Shown here piece by piece: positions 16,498 to 25,809 of a stretch of DNA of 46,695 bases (positions are counted from its first letter, which is position 1; every line of letters begins with the position of its first letter). The position numbers were made by a program, and so were the translations under genes. Source of the DNA: Patescibacteria group bacterium (GTDB lineage Bacteria; Patescibacteriota; Minisyncoccia; Moranbacterales; SCTJ01); assembly GCA_004297805.1 (NCBI GenBank), contig SCTJ01000067.1:1-46695 (forward strand), given 5' to 3'. The notes under the pieces were generated by a model that worked only from the letters and a program-made list of their open reading frames with translations, did no database searches and was not told the origin of the DNA.

Positions 16498-18448
16498 TTT
16501 AACCACAAAATATAAATTAGCCGGCGATCAACCCGGGGCGGTTGAGCAGCTGGTGAATGGTCTGAAACAAGGCGAAATGTTTCAAACGCTTTTGGGCGTG
16601 ACCGGTTCGGGAAAAACTTTCACGGTGGCCAATGTGATCCAACAAGTGCAAAGACCAACCTTGGTTATTGCACCTAACAAAACTTTGGCGGCCCAACTGA
16701 CACAAGAGCTTCGAACCTTTTTCCCCAAGAACGCCGTCGAATATTTCGTTTCCTATTATGACTATTATCAGCCGGAAGCTTATATTGCTTCCTCGGATAC
16801 TTATATTGAAAAAGAAGCGCAGATCAATGATGAGATTGATCGCCTGCGGCACAGTGCTACGGCCGCTATTCTGTCACGACCAGACACCATCATTGTAGCT
16901 TCAGTCTCTTGTATCTATGGACTGGGTTCGCCGGAATACTACGAAGCTTTCAATTTGACTTTGACGCAAGGCGAGAAGGTTGATCGAGAAAAAATAATTG
17001 GCGAGTTATCAGCCATGCATTATCAGCGAACGGATATTCTGGGGCGCGGCAAATTTCGGGTGACGGGCGGAACAATCGAAGTGGTTCCGCCAGGTCGCGA
17101 AGTAGCCACGCGCATTGAGTTGGAAGGACAGAAAATAAAAAAGATTTTTGAGTACGACCTCTTGACTGGAAAAAAACTGGGGACGCTTAGCAAAACTCTG
17201 CTGTACCCAGCCAAACATTTTGTGGTGCCGGAACCGGTGATGCAAGACGCCCTTGGCTTGATTGAGGCCGAGATGAAAACGCAGGTAGCTAAGTTTCGCG
17301 CAGCGGGAAAGATTCTCGAAGCTGAGCGGCTCGAGCGACGCACCAAACAAGATTTGGAAATGATGCGCGAAGTTGGTTACTGCAATGGCATTGAAAACTA
17401 TTCGCGCTTTCTGACAGGACGCGCTCCGGGCGAAGCACCCTACACCTTGGTGGACTATTTTCCCAAAGATTTTTTGTTGGTGATTGATGAGTCGCATGTG
17501 ACTGTGCCGCAACTCGGTGCCATGTTCAACGGTGACCGCGCACGCAAACAAGCCTTGATTGAAAATGGATTTCGTTTGCCCAGCGCTTTTGACAATCGGC
17601 CACTGAAATTTGCGGAGTTCGAAAGTAAAATCAACCAAGTCATTTTCACTTCGGCCACCCCGGGAAAATATGAACTCGGCAAGTTGCAAGCAAATATTGT
17701 TGAGCAGATAATCCGCCCAACCGGTTTGATTGATCCGGAACTGGACGTGCGCCCGGCGCGCGGGCAAGTGGTAGACGTGCTGGGTGAAATCAAAAAAGTA
17801 GTGACTAGGAATGAGCGCGTGCTCATCACAACGCTCACCAAAAAAATGGCCGAGGATCTAGCGGAATATTTGAAAGAGAATCAGATCAAGTCAGAATATT
17901 TGCATTCCAGCGTGGAGACTTTGGATCGAATCATCACTTTGGAAAATTTGCGGAAGGGAAAATTCGATGTGTTGGTGGGCGTGAATCTGCTGCGGGAAGG
18001 ATTGGATTTGCCGGAAGTGTCGTTGGTCGCAATTTTGGACGCCGACAAGGAAGGCTTTCTCCGGAGTGAAACCTCGCTCATTCAGACGATTGGTCGGGCG
18101 GCGCGCAATGTGGCAGGGCGAGTCATTCTCTATGCCGATTCAGTGACCGGCTCAATGCAGCGGGCGATCGACGAAACTAACCGGCGACGGAAGCTGCAAG
18201 CGGCCTATAATAAAAAGCATCATATTACGCCGCGAACGATTCAGAAGAATATCGCCTCCATCGTGGATCATGAAATTAAACCAACGGTGATTCAGGAGTT
18301 CTCGCAATTGGAGTCGCTGGAAGACGTGGCCGGCTACATCCGACAGCGCGAAAAAGAAATGAAAGAGGCGGCACGCAACTTGGAGTTTGAACGGGCAGCG
18401 GTGATTCGTGATGAGATTGGCCAGCTGCGAAAATTGCAGGCAAGTTAG
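16487..18448 (+). CDS. uvrB: excinuclease ABC subunit B
   Basis: MRFSLTTKYKLAGDQPGAVEQL N-terminus, Walker A GVTGSGKTFT, VIDESHVT and a C-terminal UVR motif AAVIRDEIGQLRK. The ATG at 16487 is preferred over the GTG at 16454. Confidence 0.95.
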   Translation: MRFSLTTKYKLAGDQPGAVEQLVNGLKQGEMFQTLLGVTGSGKTFTVANVIQQVQRPTLVIAPNKTLAAQLTQELRTFFPKNAVEYFVSYYDYYQPEAYIASSDTYIEKEAQINDEIDRLRHSATAAILSRPDTIIVASVSCIYGLGSPEYYEAFNLTLTQGEKVDREKIIGELSAMHYQRTDILGRGKFRVTGGTIEVVPPGREVATRIELEGQKIKKIFEYDLLTGKKLGTLSKTLLYPAKHFVVPEPVMQDALGLIEAEMKTQVAKFRAAGKILEAERLERRTKQDLEMMREVGYCNGIENYSRFLTGRAPGEAPYTLVDYFPKDFLLVIDESHVTVPQLGAMFNGDRARKQALIENGFRLPSAFDNRPLKFAEFESKINQVIFTSATPGKYELGKLQANIVEQIIRPTGLIDPELDVRPARGQVVDVLGEIKKVVTRNERVLITTLTKKMAEDLAEYLKENQIKSEYLHSSVETLDRIITLENLRKGKFDVLVGVNLLREGLDLPEVSLVAILDADKEGFLRSETSLIQTIGRAARNVAGRVILYADSVTGSMQRAIDETNRRRKLQAAYNKKHHITPRTIQKNIASIVDHEIKPTVIQEFSQLESLEDVAGYIRQREKEMKEAARNLEFERAAVIRDEIGQLRKLQAS

Positions 18449-18459
18449 TCAGGAGTAGT

Positions 18460-18488
18460 TTGCTTGTCTATCTCGAGCAGGTTATAAT
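18460..18488 (+). promoter_or_regulatory. sigma-70-type promoter for the ROK kinase gene
   Basis: TTGCTT, 17-nt spacer, TATAAT. Confidence 0.55.
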
Positions 18489-18533
18489 TTTAGCTAAGAG
18501 CAGTCTAACTTTTTAGTTAAAGATAAATTAGCT

Positions 18534-19352
18534 ATGTTTGTTCTCTTTGATGTTGGCGGTACTAGCACTCGGGTGGCTGTTTCTAAAAATGGGAAAAAAA
18601 TTGATCGCATCCGAAGTCAAGCTACTCCCCAAAAATTTGCAGAAGGGGTTAGTCTAATAGCGCGCTTGGCAGCCGAGCTGTCTCAGGGACAAAGAATAGG
18701 GGCCGTTGTTGGAGGTGTGCCGGGACCACTAGATGCACGGAAATCTAAAATAATAAAGGCTTCGAATTTGCCTGACTGGACGAACAAACCGTTCAGACAA
18801 AAGCTGGAGCAGATCTTAAAAGCCCCGGTAACGTTGGAGAATGACGCCGACCTGGCGGGTTTGGGCGAAGCGGTTTTGGGGGCGGGACGAGGCAAAAGAA
18901 TCGTAGCCTACATTACAATTAGTACAGGCATTGGAGGCACGCGCTTGGTGGATGGCAAGCTTGATGTTTATAGTGTCGGCTTCGAACCGGGACATCAACT
19001 GATTACATTCAAGGGGCAACCTACAGATTTCGAGTCATGTGCTTCCGGGACAGCTATGGCCAAAAGGTACGGACGGCCAGCGCATACTATTACTAGTGCC
19101 AAGGCTTGGACTGAAGAAGCGCGACTGGTAGCGCAAGGTTTAGCTAACACGATCGTGCATTGGTCGCCGGATATTATGGTGCTAGGGGGTGGGGTGGGAC
19201 GCAGAGATCTGCCGATCGAGCAGGTCAACGCGCAGCTCAAGAAAATGGTGACTATCTTTCCGAAAGTGCCCAAGGCCGTGCGAACAAAACTGGGCGACCA
19301 GGCTGGGCTGTTGGGCGCCTTGGTGATATCGCAGGGGTTGAAACGAGGGTGA
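18534..19352 (+). CDS. ROK-family sugar kinase (glucokinase-like)
   Basis: N-terminal ATP-binding motif FDVGGTSTRVAV plus ENDADLAGLGE and TGIGG motifs of the ROK/ASKHA fold. Confidence 0.8.
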   Translation: MFVLFDVGGTSTRVAVSKNGKKIDRIRSQATPQKFAEGVSLIARLAAELSQGQRIGAVVGGVPGPLDARKSKIIKASNLPDWTNKPFRQKLEQILKAPVTLENDADLAGLGEAVLGAGRGKRIVAYITISTGIGGTRLVDGKLDVYSVGFEPGHQLITFKGQPTDFESCASGTAMAKRYGRPAHTITSAKAWTEEARLVAQGLANTIVHWSPDIMVLGGGVGRRDLPIEQVNAQLKKMVTIFPKVPKAVRTKLGDQAGLLGALVISQGLKRG

Positions 19353-19417
19353 TTGCTGGATTTTAATCAATCGGGTATAATGGAAGAACGTGTAAGTTGT
19401 AAACAAATATATACACT

Positions 19418-20380
19418 ATGAGAAAACAGTTATGGCTCATGGGCTTGGTGTTGCTCGTGACGCTCGTGGTTTCCGGTTGTAGCTGGAAACGTACCACCAC
19501 TCTGACGTTGGATCAGGCCAAAGAAAAAGTGCTCCAATTTTCAAAGGATAATTTGGTGCCACCTGGGACAGATATTCAAATCAAAGAGGCAGTGGAAGAA
19601 AATGGCCTCTATAAAGTGGTCTTCACTGTTGAAAAGCAAGACATCTCTACCTATGTTACCAAAGACGGGACTAAATTTTTCCCAAGTGCCATAGAGTTAG
19701 ACAAGAAAGAAGAGCCGGCACCAGAAGATAAGTCGGTCGCTGAAGTACCTAAGTCAGACAAGCCGAGCGTGGAGATGTTTGTAATGAGCTACTGCCCTTA
19801 TGGAACGCAAATTGAAAAGGGCGTTCTGCCAGTGTTGGACACGCTGAAAGACAAAATCGATTTTTCACTCAGGTTTGTGGATTACGCAATGCATGGCGAA
19901 AAGGAAGTTAAAGAGAATTTGCGCCAGTATTGCATTCAGCAGACAGAACCAGCCAAGCTGAGCAAATATCTGACCTGCTTCCTGAAAAAGGGAGAAGGTA
20001 CGGAAGCGAGTTGCATGAAAACAGCGCTGGTTAACTCTGCCAAGGTGGCCAGCTGCGTGACAGCTACGGACAAGGAATTTAAGGTGACTGAACAGCTAAA
20101 CGACAAGACCGCTTGGTCTGGCCAGTTCCCACCTTTCAACGTCGATAAAGACCTGAACGATCAATATGGCGTACAAGGTTCGCCGACGTTGGTGATTAAT
20201 GGAGTGGAGGCGCAGGCAGGGCGTGATTCGGCCGGACTACTCAACACGATTTGTGATGCCTTCAATGAGGCTCCGAGCGAATGCCAAGCTGCTCTTTCCT
20301 CGGCTGCCCCATCACCCGGATTCGGTACGGGTACGGCTACTGGTGGTAGCGCGAATCCAAGTGCCAATTGCGGAAGCTAG
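19418..20380 (+). CDS. lipoprotein with a thioredoxin/DsbA-like domain (degenerate CPYG site)
   Basis: Signal peptide with lipobox LVVSGC. FVMSYCPYGTQ resembles a thioredoxin-fold active site that lacks the second Cys. GSPTLVING resembles the cis-Pro loop region. Confidence 0.45.
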   Translation: MRKQLWLMGLVLLVTLVVSGCSWKRTTTLTLDQAKEKVLQFSKDNLVPPGTDIQIKEAVEENGLYKVVFTVEKQDISTYVTKDGTKFFPSAIELDKKEEPAPEDKSVAEVPKSDKPSVEMFVMSYCPYGTQIEKGVLPVLDTLKDKIDFSLRFVDYAMHGEKEVKENLRQYCIQQTEPAKLSKYLTCFLKKGEGTEASCMKTALVNSAKVASCVTATDKEFKVTEQLNDKTAWSGQFPPFNVDKDLNDQYGVQGSPTLVINGVEAQAGRDSAGLLNTICDAFNEAPSECQAALSSAAPSPGFGTGTATGGSANPSANCGS

Positions 20381-20405
20381 TTTTGTTTCAGGAAGCGATA
20401 GAAAT

Positions 20406-20433
20406 CGCCCCGCCTTGGCGGGGCGGTTTTTTT
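20406..20433 (+). terminator. intrinsic terminator after the lipoprotein gene
   Basis: CGCCCCGCC-TT-GGCGGGGCG followed by T7. Confidence 0.8.
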
Positions 20434-20451
20434 ATTGCCAGTGATAACTCA

Positions 20452-20480
20452 TTGACTGTGTCGATGTCTCGGATGATAAT
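20452..20480 (+). promoter_or_regulatory. sigma-70-type promoter of the orphan small membrane-protein gene
   Basis: TTGACT, 17-nt spacer, GATAAT. Confidence 0.6.
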
Positions 20481-20543
20481 GAGTCTAGAACGGGTCAATA
20501 TTTTAGCGAGACAACAATCGCACAGGCATAGGGAGGGCAGAAA

Positions 20544-20759
20544 ATGACGTTGAACCGTAAGGAGAGAGATTGGTTGTTCGGTATTCCGATGACTGTGGGA
20601 GGGCTGGTCGTAGCTGGCAAACTGATGCCACACGATCTGATGAAGCACACGTACACCATGACCGTTGGCGAAAGCACGGTCATGGTGTTGGCGAGCTTCT
20701 GCGTTGGTCTGGCTATGGTCGGCGTTCTACTGATTGCCGACTCCTTCTCGCCCGATTGA
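20544..20759 (+). CDS. 71-aa two-helix membrane protein of unknown function
   Basis: SD GGGAGGG lies 6-8 nt upstream of the ATG. Two hydrophobic segments (LFGIPMTVGGLVVAG and VMVLASFCVGLAMVGVLLIA). It has its own promoter and terminator. Confidence 0.5.
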   Translation: MTLNRKERDWLFGIPMTVGGLVVAGKLMPHDLMKHTYTMTVGESTVMVLASFCVGLAMVGVLLIADSFSPD

Positions 20760-20776
20760 CGGGCTCTCGTTCGGAC

Positions 20777-20816
20777 AGCCTGGCGGCCAAATGGTTTGCC
20801 AGGCTTCCTCTTTTTT
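20777..20816 (+). terminator. intrinsic terminator after the small membrane-protein gene
   Basis: AGCCTGGC-(13 nt)-GCCAGGCT followed by TCCTCTTTTTT. Confidence 0.7.
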
Positions 20817-20820
20817 ATTT

Positions 20821-20829
20821 CCCCCCCCC
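20821..20829. repeat. C9 homopolymer tract
   Basis: Nine consecutive C residues directly after the terminator T-run, about 65 nt upstream of the uvrA -35 element. Confidence 0.9.
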
Positions 20830-20893
20830 AGTATTGATTGAAATAGCGAGTTGTATTATTATGTAGGGTACCCCGAAATGGGGGGTTTTGCCG

Positions 20894-20923
20894 TTGACAA
20901 GACAAACTAATTAAAATTATAGA
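20894..20923 (+). promoter_or_regulatory. uvrA promoter that predicts a leaderless or near-leaderless mRNA
   Basis: TTGACA, 18-nt spacer, TATAGA. Only 8 nt separate the -10 element from the ATG at 20932, and there is no SD. Confidence 0.5.
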
Positions 20924-20931
20924 ATTTTTTT

Positions 20932-23817
20932 ATGGATAAGTTGATTATTAAGGGAGCCAGAGAGCATAATTTAAAGAATATCGATTTGACCCTGCCGCGG
21001 GACAAATTCATCGTTTTTACTGGCATTTCTGGATCAGGCAAGTCGACCTTGGCTTTCGACACAATTTTTGCGGAAGGACAGAGACGATACTTGGAAAGCC
21101 TCTCGAGTTATGCGCGGCAATTTTTGGGGCAAATGGAAAAACCAGAGGTCGACTATATCGAGGGCTTGTCGCCGGCCATTTCCATTGACCAGAAGGCGGC
21201 TTCGCACAATCCACGCTCGACGGTGGGAACAGTAACCGAAATTCATGACTATCTGCGTTTGTTGTACGCCAAAATTGGTACGCCCCACTGTCCAATTTGT
21301 CAGCGGGAGATTACTAAGCTTTCTACGGATGAAATTGTGGAACGGATTTTGGAAATCGGAGATGGGACCAAGATCGAAATTTTGTCACCAGTGGTACGCT
21401 CTAGAAAGGGCGAATATTCGACATTACTTCTAGATCTTTTCAAACGGGGATTTTCCAAGGTAGACGTGAACGGTCGACGTTACGATTTGGATCCCAAAGA
21501 AACTATCCCGCTGGAACGTTACAAAGTGCATACCATTGATGTGGTAGTGGATGAAACAGAGGTGAGTGCCAACAATCTCAGCCGGATTTTTGAAAGTGTG
21601 GAAAAGGCTCTCAAATTGGCAGAGGGATTAGTTAAGATTAAAACACAAAGCACAAAATCCAAAATCCAAACAAAAAACAATAAGCAAAATACAAAATCTC
21701 AACATTATCACGAGTTCATTTATAATCAGAAGTTATCCTGTCCAGAACATGAAATTGAGTTTCCAGAACTTGAGCCACGGTTATTTTCGTTCAATAGCCC
21801 TTTTGGGGCTTGTCCAACCTGTGAAGGCTTAGGCAGTCAAAAGGAAATCGATCCTGAGTTAGTGGCACCGGACCAAGATAAAACGATTGCTGAGGGTGGC
21901 CTAATGCCGTGGAATTACAAGCGCAACAATTATTACGGCGCTGTGCTCAGAGCGGTCTGCAATTTTTATCACATTCCGGACAATGTCAGGTTACGCGATT
22001 TGCAAAAAAATCACCTGGAGTTGTTGCTGCATGGCGATCCAGAGCCAGATGAGGTGTCGGTCAGTCTGCGTTCGAAGACTGGGAGCACTTGGCGGTTCTC
22101 AGTTGAGTGGCGCGGAGTAATTGGTTTTTTGCAAGATCGCTATTTTAAGACCGAATCAGAATCGGTGCGAGAAAATATTGAACGCTATATGTCGCAAGCG
22201 CCATGTTCGACTTGCCACGGTTCGCGTTATAAGAGCGAGGCCTTGCTGGTGACCGTCGGCCAGCAAAATATCCACGAAGTGTCTTTCGTGAGTGTGGAGA
22301 ATGCCCTGAAATTTTTTCAAGAGCTGCAGCTTTCTCGGCGCGAGGAACTGATTGCGGGCAGGATTTTGAAGGAAGTGCGTAGCCGTTTGGGCTTTTTGGT
22401 CAATGTGGGTCTGGGCTATTTGACCTTAGCTCGTTCGGCCAATACGCTAGCTGGCGGAGAAGCGCAACGTATCCGGTTGGCGTCTCAAATCGGGTCACAG
22501 TTGGTGGGCGTACTCTATATTTTGGACGAGCCATCCATTGGGTTGCACGCGCGGGATAATGAAAAATTGCTCAAAACATTGTTAGAATTGCGCGATCGAG
22601 GAAACACGCTGATTGTGATTGAGCATGACGAAGAAACCATGCGGGCAGCGGATTATTTGGTGGATATTGGACCGGGCGCTGGCAAACATGGCGGGGAGAT
22701 TGTGGCGGCCGGAACGCCGGCCGAAGTAATGCGAAGCAAAAAGTCTTTGACAGCCCAATATTTGCGAGGCGAGCGTTCAATCGAATCGCCCGCGGTGCGG
22801 CGACCAACCAAAAACAAACAGCGCGTGGTTGTCAGAGGCGCGCGGGAGCACAATCTGAAAGATATTACCGTCGAGTTTCCCTTGAAAGTTCTCACCTGTG
22901 TCACAGGTGTTTCTGGTTCAGGCAAATCGACTTTAGTGGAAGACATTCTGTATAAAGCCTTGTCGGCCAAAATTATGCGGGCGCTGGAGAAGCCGGGCCG
23001 GCACCAAGAAATAATTGGCTCCCACCATGTCGATAAAGTGATCATGATTGATCAGGGCCCGATTGGTCGGACGCCACGTTCCAATCCAGCCACCTATACG
23101 GGCTTGTTCACGCCCATTCGAGAGTTGTTTGCACTGACGCAGGACGCCAAAGTCAAGGGCTATGGACCAGGCCGTTTTTCTTTCAATGTATCCGGCGGGC
23201 GTTGTGACAATTGTCAGGGGGAAGGTTTTCTGAAAATAGAAATGCAATTTATGCCGGATGTATATTTGCCGTGTGATGTGTGTCGCAGCAAGCGTTATAA
23301 TAGTGAAACGCTCCAAGTAAAATATAAAGACAAAACCATCGCTGACGTCTTGGCGATGACGGTTTCTGAGGCGCGCGAGTTCTTTGAGGCCTTTCCAGAA
23401 ATTCATGACAAACTGGCGGTTCTGGAGGATGTGGGACTGGGGTATATTGAGCTGGGGCAAAGCGCTACAACTCTTTCAGGCGGTGAAGCGCAGCGGATTA
23501 AGTTGGCGGCTGAGTTGGCGCGTCGCTCCACTGGTAACACCCTCTATGTTTTGGACGAACCAACCACCGGTTTGCATTTTGAGGATATCCGTAAATTACT
23601 GGGCATTTTGAATCGCTTAGTAGATGCGGGTAATAGTGTGGTGGTAATCGAGCACAATCTGGATGTTATCAAGTCGGCTGACTGGGTGATTGATATGGGA
23701 CCAGAGGGTGGGGAGCTGGGCGGACGAGTCGTGGCTACTGGGACTCCCGAGGAAATCGCCCGTTATTGGAAGGAAAGTTCAACGGGCAGGTATTTAAAAT
23801 CGGTTTTGAAAAAATGA
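20932..23817 (+). CDS. uvrA: excinuclease ABC subunit A
   Basis: Two ABC modules (GISGSGKSTLAFDT and GVSGSGKSTLV; LSGGEAQRIRLA and LSGGEAQRIKLA) and zinc-finger Cys pairs. A low-complexity K/Q/T/N insert lies at about aa 235-260. Confidence 0.97.
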   Translation: MDKLIIKGAREHNLKNIDLTLPRDKFIVFTGISGSGKSTLAFDTIFAEGQRRYLESLSSYARQFLGQMEKPEVDYIEGLSPAISIDQKAASHNPRSTVGTVTEIHDYLRLLYAKIGTPHCPICQREITKLSTDEIVERILEIGDGTKIEILSPVVRSRKGEYSTLLLDLFKRGFSKVDVNGRRYDLDPKETIPLERYKVHTIDVVVDETEVSANNLSRIFESVEKALKLAEGLVKIKTQSTKSKIQTKNNKQNTKSQHYHEFIYNQKLSCPEHEIEFPELEPRLFSFNSPFGACPTCEGLGSQKEIDPELVAPDQDKTIAEGGLMPWNYKRNNYYGAVLRAVCNFYHIPDNVRLRDLQKNHLELLLHGDPEPDEVSVSLRSKTGSTWRFSVEWRGVIGFLQDRYFKTESESVRENIERYMSQAPCSTCHGSRYKSEALLVTVGQQNIHEVSFVSVENALKFFQELQLSRREELIAGRILKEVRSRLGFLVNVGLGYLTLARSANTLAGGEAQRIRLASQIGSQLVGVLYILDEPSIGLHARDNEKLLKTLLELRDRGNTLIVIEHDEETMRAADYLVDIGPGAGKHGGEIVAAGTPAEVMRSKKSLTAQYLRGERSIESPAVRRPTKNKQRVVVRGAREHNLKDITVEFPLKVLTCVTGVSGSGKSTLVEDILYKALSAKIMRALEKPGRHQEIIGSHHVDKVIMIDQGPIGRTPRSNPATYTGLFTPIRELFALTQDAKVKGYGPGRFSFNVSGGRCDNCQGEGFLKIEMQFMPDVYLPCDVCRSKRYNSETLQVKYKDKTIADVLAMTVSEAREFFEAFPEIHDKLAVLEDVGLGYIELGQSATTLSGGEAQRIKLAAELARRSTGNTLYVLDEPTTGLHFEDIRKLLGILNRLVDAGNSVVVIEHNLDVIKSADWVIDMGPEGGELGGRVVATGTPEEIARYWKESSTGRYLKSVLKK

Positions 23818-23880
23818 AATATGTGGTATACTTTTAAGCAGCCTAGACAAATGTCTAGATAATTAGCTGACTTTTGTTTC

Positions 23881-24651
23881 ATGAACATTCAACCACATCT
23901 CTCGGTTATCATTCCGGCCTATAAGGAGGGAGAACGAATCGGACGCAACTTACTGGAAATTGAAAAATATCTTAGTCGACAGGGGTATGAATATGAGGTA
24001 GTGGTAGTGGTCGATGGCTCACCGGACAATACGGCTGAAATTGCTCGCAATTACTCCTCACATATTCCTAATCTGAGGGTTATTGAAAACGAAAAAAATC
24101 ACGGCAAAGGATATGTGGTGCGTCAGGGGCTGCTCGAATCTCGTGGAAAGTATCGAGTATTTTTGGATGCCGACGGTTCAACCTCGATTACACACCTGGA
24201 CAAGTTCTTACCAGAATTTGAAAATGGTTATGACGTGATAATTGGTTCGCGGGATGCTGAGGGATCATTCATTCAAGTTCATCAACCCAAATATCGCGAG
24301 ATGGCTGGCAACATGGGGAACTGGCTTATTCGCGTGGTGCTCGGTTTGTGGAGTTATCCTGACACGCAGTGCGGCTTCAAGATGTTGACTAGTCAGGCTG
24401 CCCAAGAAGTGGCCAGTCGCATGGTAGTGGACCGATTTGGATTTGATTTCGAGTTGATTATTTTAGCCAAAAAATTGGGATTCAAAATTAAACAGATGCC
24501 CGTTCGTTGGTTGAATGAGGAGGGTTCAACGGTCGGTCTGTTCGGTCCCAATGGATATTTTAAAGTCATACGTGATCTATTTAGTACCAAATGGCGGCTA
24601 ATGACCGGTCAATATCACATTAATCAATTCACCGATCGGAACAAAAAATAG
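23881..24651 (+). CDS. family 2 glycosyltransferase (dolichyl/polyprenyl-phosphate sugar synthase-like)
   Basis: LSVIIPAYKE...VVVVDGSPDNT...LDADG are the GT2 DxD-type motifs. Length is 256 aa. Confidence 0.85.
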   Translation: MNIQPHLSVIIPAYKEGERIGRNLLEIEKYLSRQGYEYEVVVVVDGSPDNTAEIARNYSSHIPNLRVIENEKNHGKGYVVRQGLLESRGKYRVFLDADGSTSITHLDKFLPEFENGYDVIIGSRDAEGSFIQVHQPKYREMAGNMGNWLIRVVLGLWSYPDTQCGFKMLTSQAAQEVASRMVVDRFGFDFELIILAKKLGFKIKQMPVRWLNEEGSTVGLFGPNGYFKVIRDLFSTKWRLMTGQYHINQFTDRNKK

Positions 24652-24717
24652 TCAGGCACAAAAACAAAGAGTATTCATGTAAAGCGTGACCAAAAAATTT
24701 CACGTTTTGACTCAGAA

Positions 24718-25785
24718 ATGAAAATAGAAACAGAAAAAATGACAGAAGCTTCGCCAGCGAGCGAATGCGACGCAAAAACCAAAAAAGAGAATGCGTCAGA
24801 ACTACGGCAGGACTTGATCACTGGCGACTGGGTTGTGATTGCGACTGGCCGAGCCAAGCGCCCGGACGATTTCGGCAAAAAGGAACGCAAAAAAGAGATC
24901 GTTGATCCAGAAGTTTGCATTTTTTGTGATCCGGTGCGCAGCGGTCAGGAGCCAGACGTATTGATCTATGAGCGTGCCTCGGGTGATTGGACTCTGCGGG
25001 TCTTTCCTAATAAGTTCCCGGCCTTTTCTCGGGGAAAAGTGCCCTGCCAAATTAGTGAGGGTCCATATTTCGCGATGACAGGCACTGGCTATCATGAGGT
25101 GATTGTCACGCGGGATCATGATCGACACGTGGCACTGATGGAGCCAATTGAAATTGCTGAGATTTTCGATGCTTTTCAGGATCGGTACCTCTCGCTCATG
25201 AATAAAAAGAATGTCCGGTTCATTAGCATGTTCCACAATCTCGGCTCTGAGGTAGGTGGCTCAGTGGTTCATCCGCATTCACAGCTCATGGCCATCCCGG
25301 TCATTTCTCCGTATTTACAATTAGAGCTGGATGGCGCAGAACGTTATTACCGGAGTAACAGAAAATGTGTTTATTGTGTTATGGCCGAATACGAGCTGGA
25401 ACACCAAACACGTGTAGTTTTTGAAAATAGTGAGTTCGTGGCTTTTTGTCCATTTGCTTCCCGCTCAGCGTTCGAAGTGTGGGTGATGCCCAAAAAACAT
25501 CAGCCATATTTCGAACATATTACGGACGAAGGTAAATTGGCTCTGGGTGAGGCCTTCCAAAAAGTCATGCATTCAATCTTTATCGCCCTCAACGACCCAC
25601 CGTATAATTTCTATATTCACACTTCACCCTGCGATGGCAAGGATTACCCTCATTATCACTGGCACATTGAGATTTTGCCACACACTTCCATCTGGTCGGG
25701 TTTCGAACTGGAAACAGGAGTTGAAATTTCAACCATCCAGCCGGAAGTGGCCGCAGAGTTTTTGCGGAGCAAGTTGTATCAATAG
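24718..25785 (+). CDS. galT: galactose-1-phosphate uridylyltransferase (HIT superfamily, GalT)
   Basis: Zn-site CIFCD and the active-site motif HPHSQLMA (H-x-H-x-Q). The start could instead be the ATG at 24739 (MTEAS). Confidence 0.85.
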   Translation: MKIETEKMTEASPASECDAKTKKENASELRQDLITGDWVVIATGRAKRPDDFGKKERKKEIVDPEVCIFCDPVRSGQEPDVLIYERASGDWTLRVFPNKFPAFSRGKVPCQISEGPYFAMTGTGYHEVIVTRDHDRHVALMEPIEIAEIFDAFQDRYLSLMNKKNVRFISMFHNLGSEVGGSVVHPHSQLMAIPVISPYLQLELDGAERYYRSNRKCVYCVMAEYELEHQTRVVFENSEFVAFCPFASRSAFEVWVMPKKHQPYFEHITDEGKLALGEAFQKVMHSIFIALNDPPYNFYIHTSPCDGKDYPHYHWHIEILPHTSIWSGFELETGVEISTIQPEVAAEFLRSKLYQ

Positions 25786-25809
25786 ACTTGAAGCGTTGAT
25801 CTCACGAAT

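Noticed and set aside
20495-20905. 136-aa minus-strand ORF spanning the small membrane-protein cassette and two terminators
   Set aside because: It runs antisense through a promoter, an SD-led ORF and two terminator hairpins. Its composition is Arg/Pro/Thr-rich and it has no start context.
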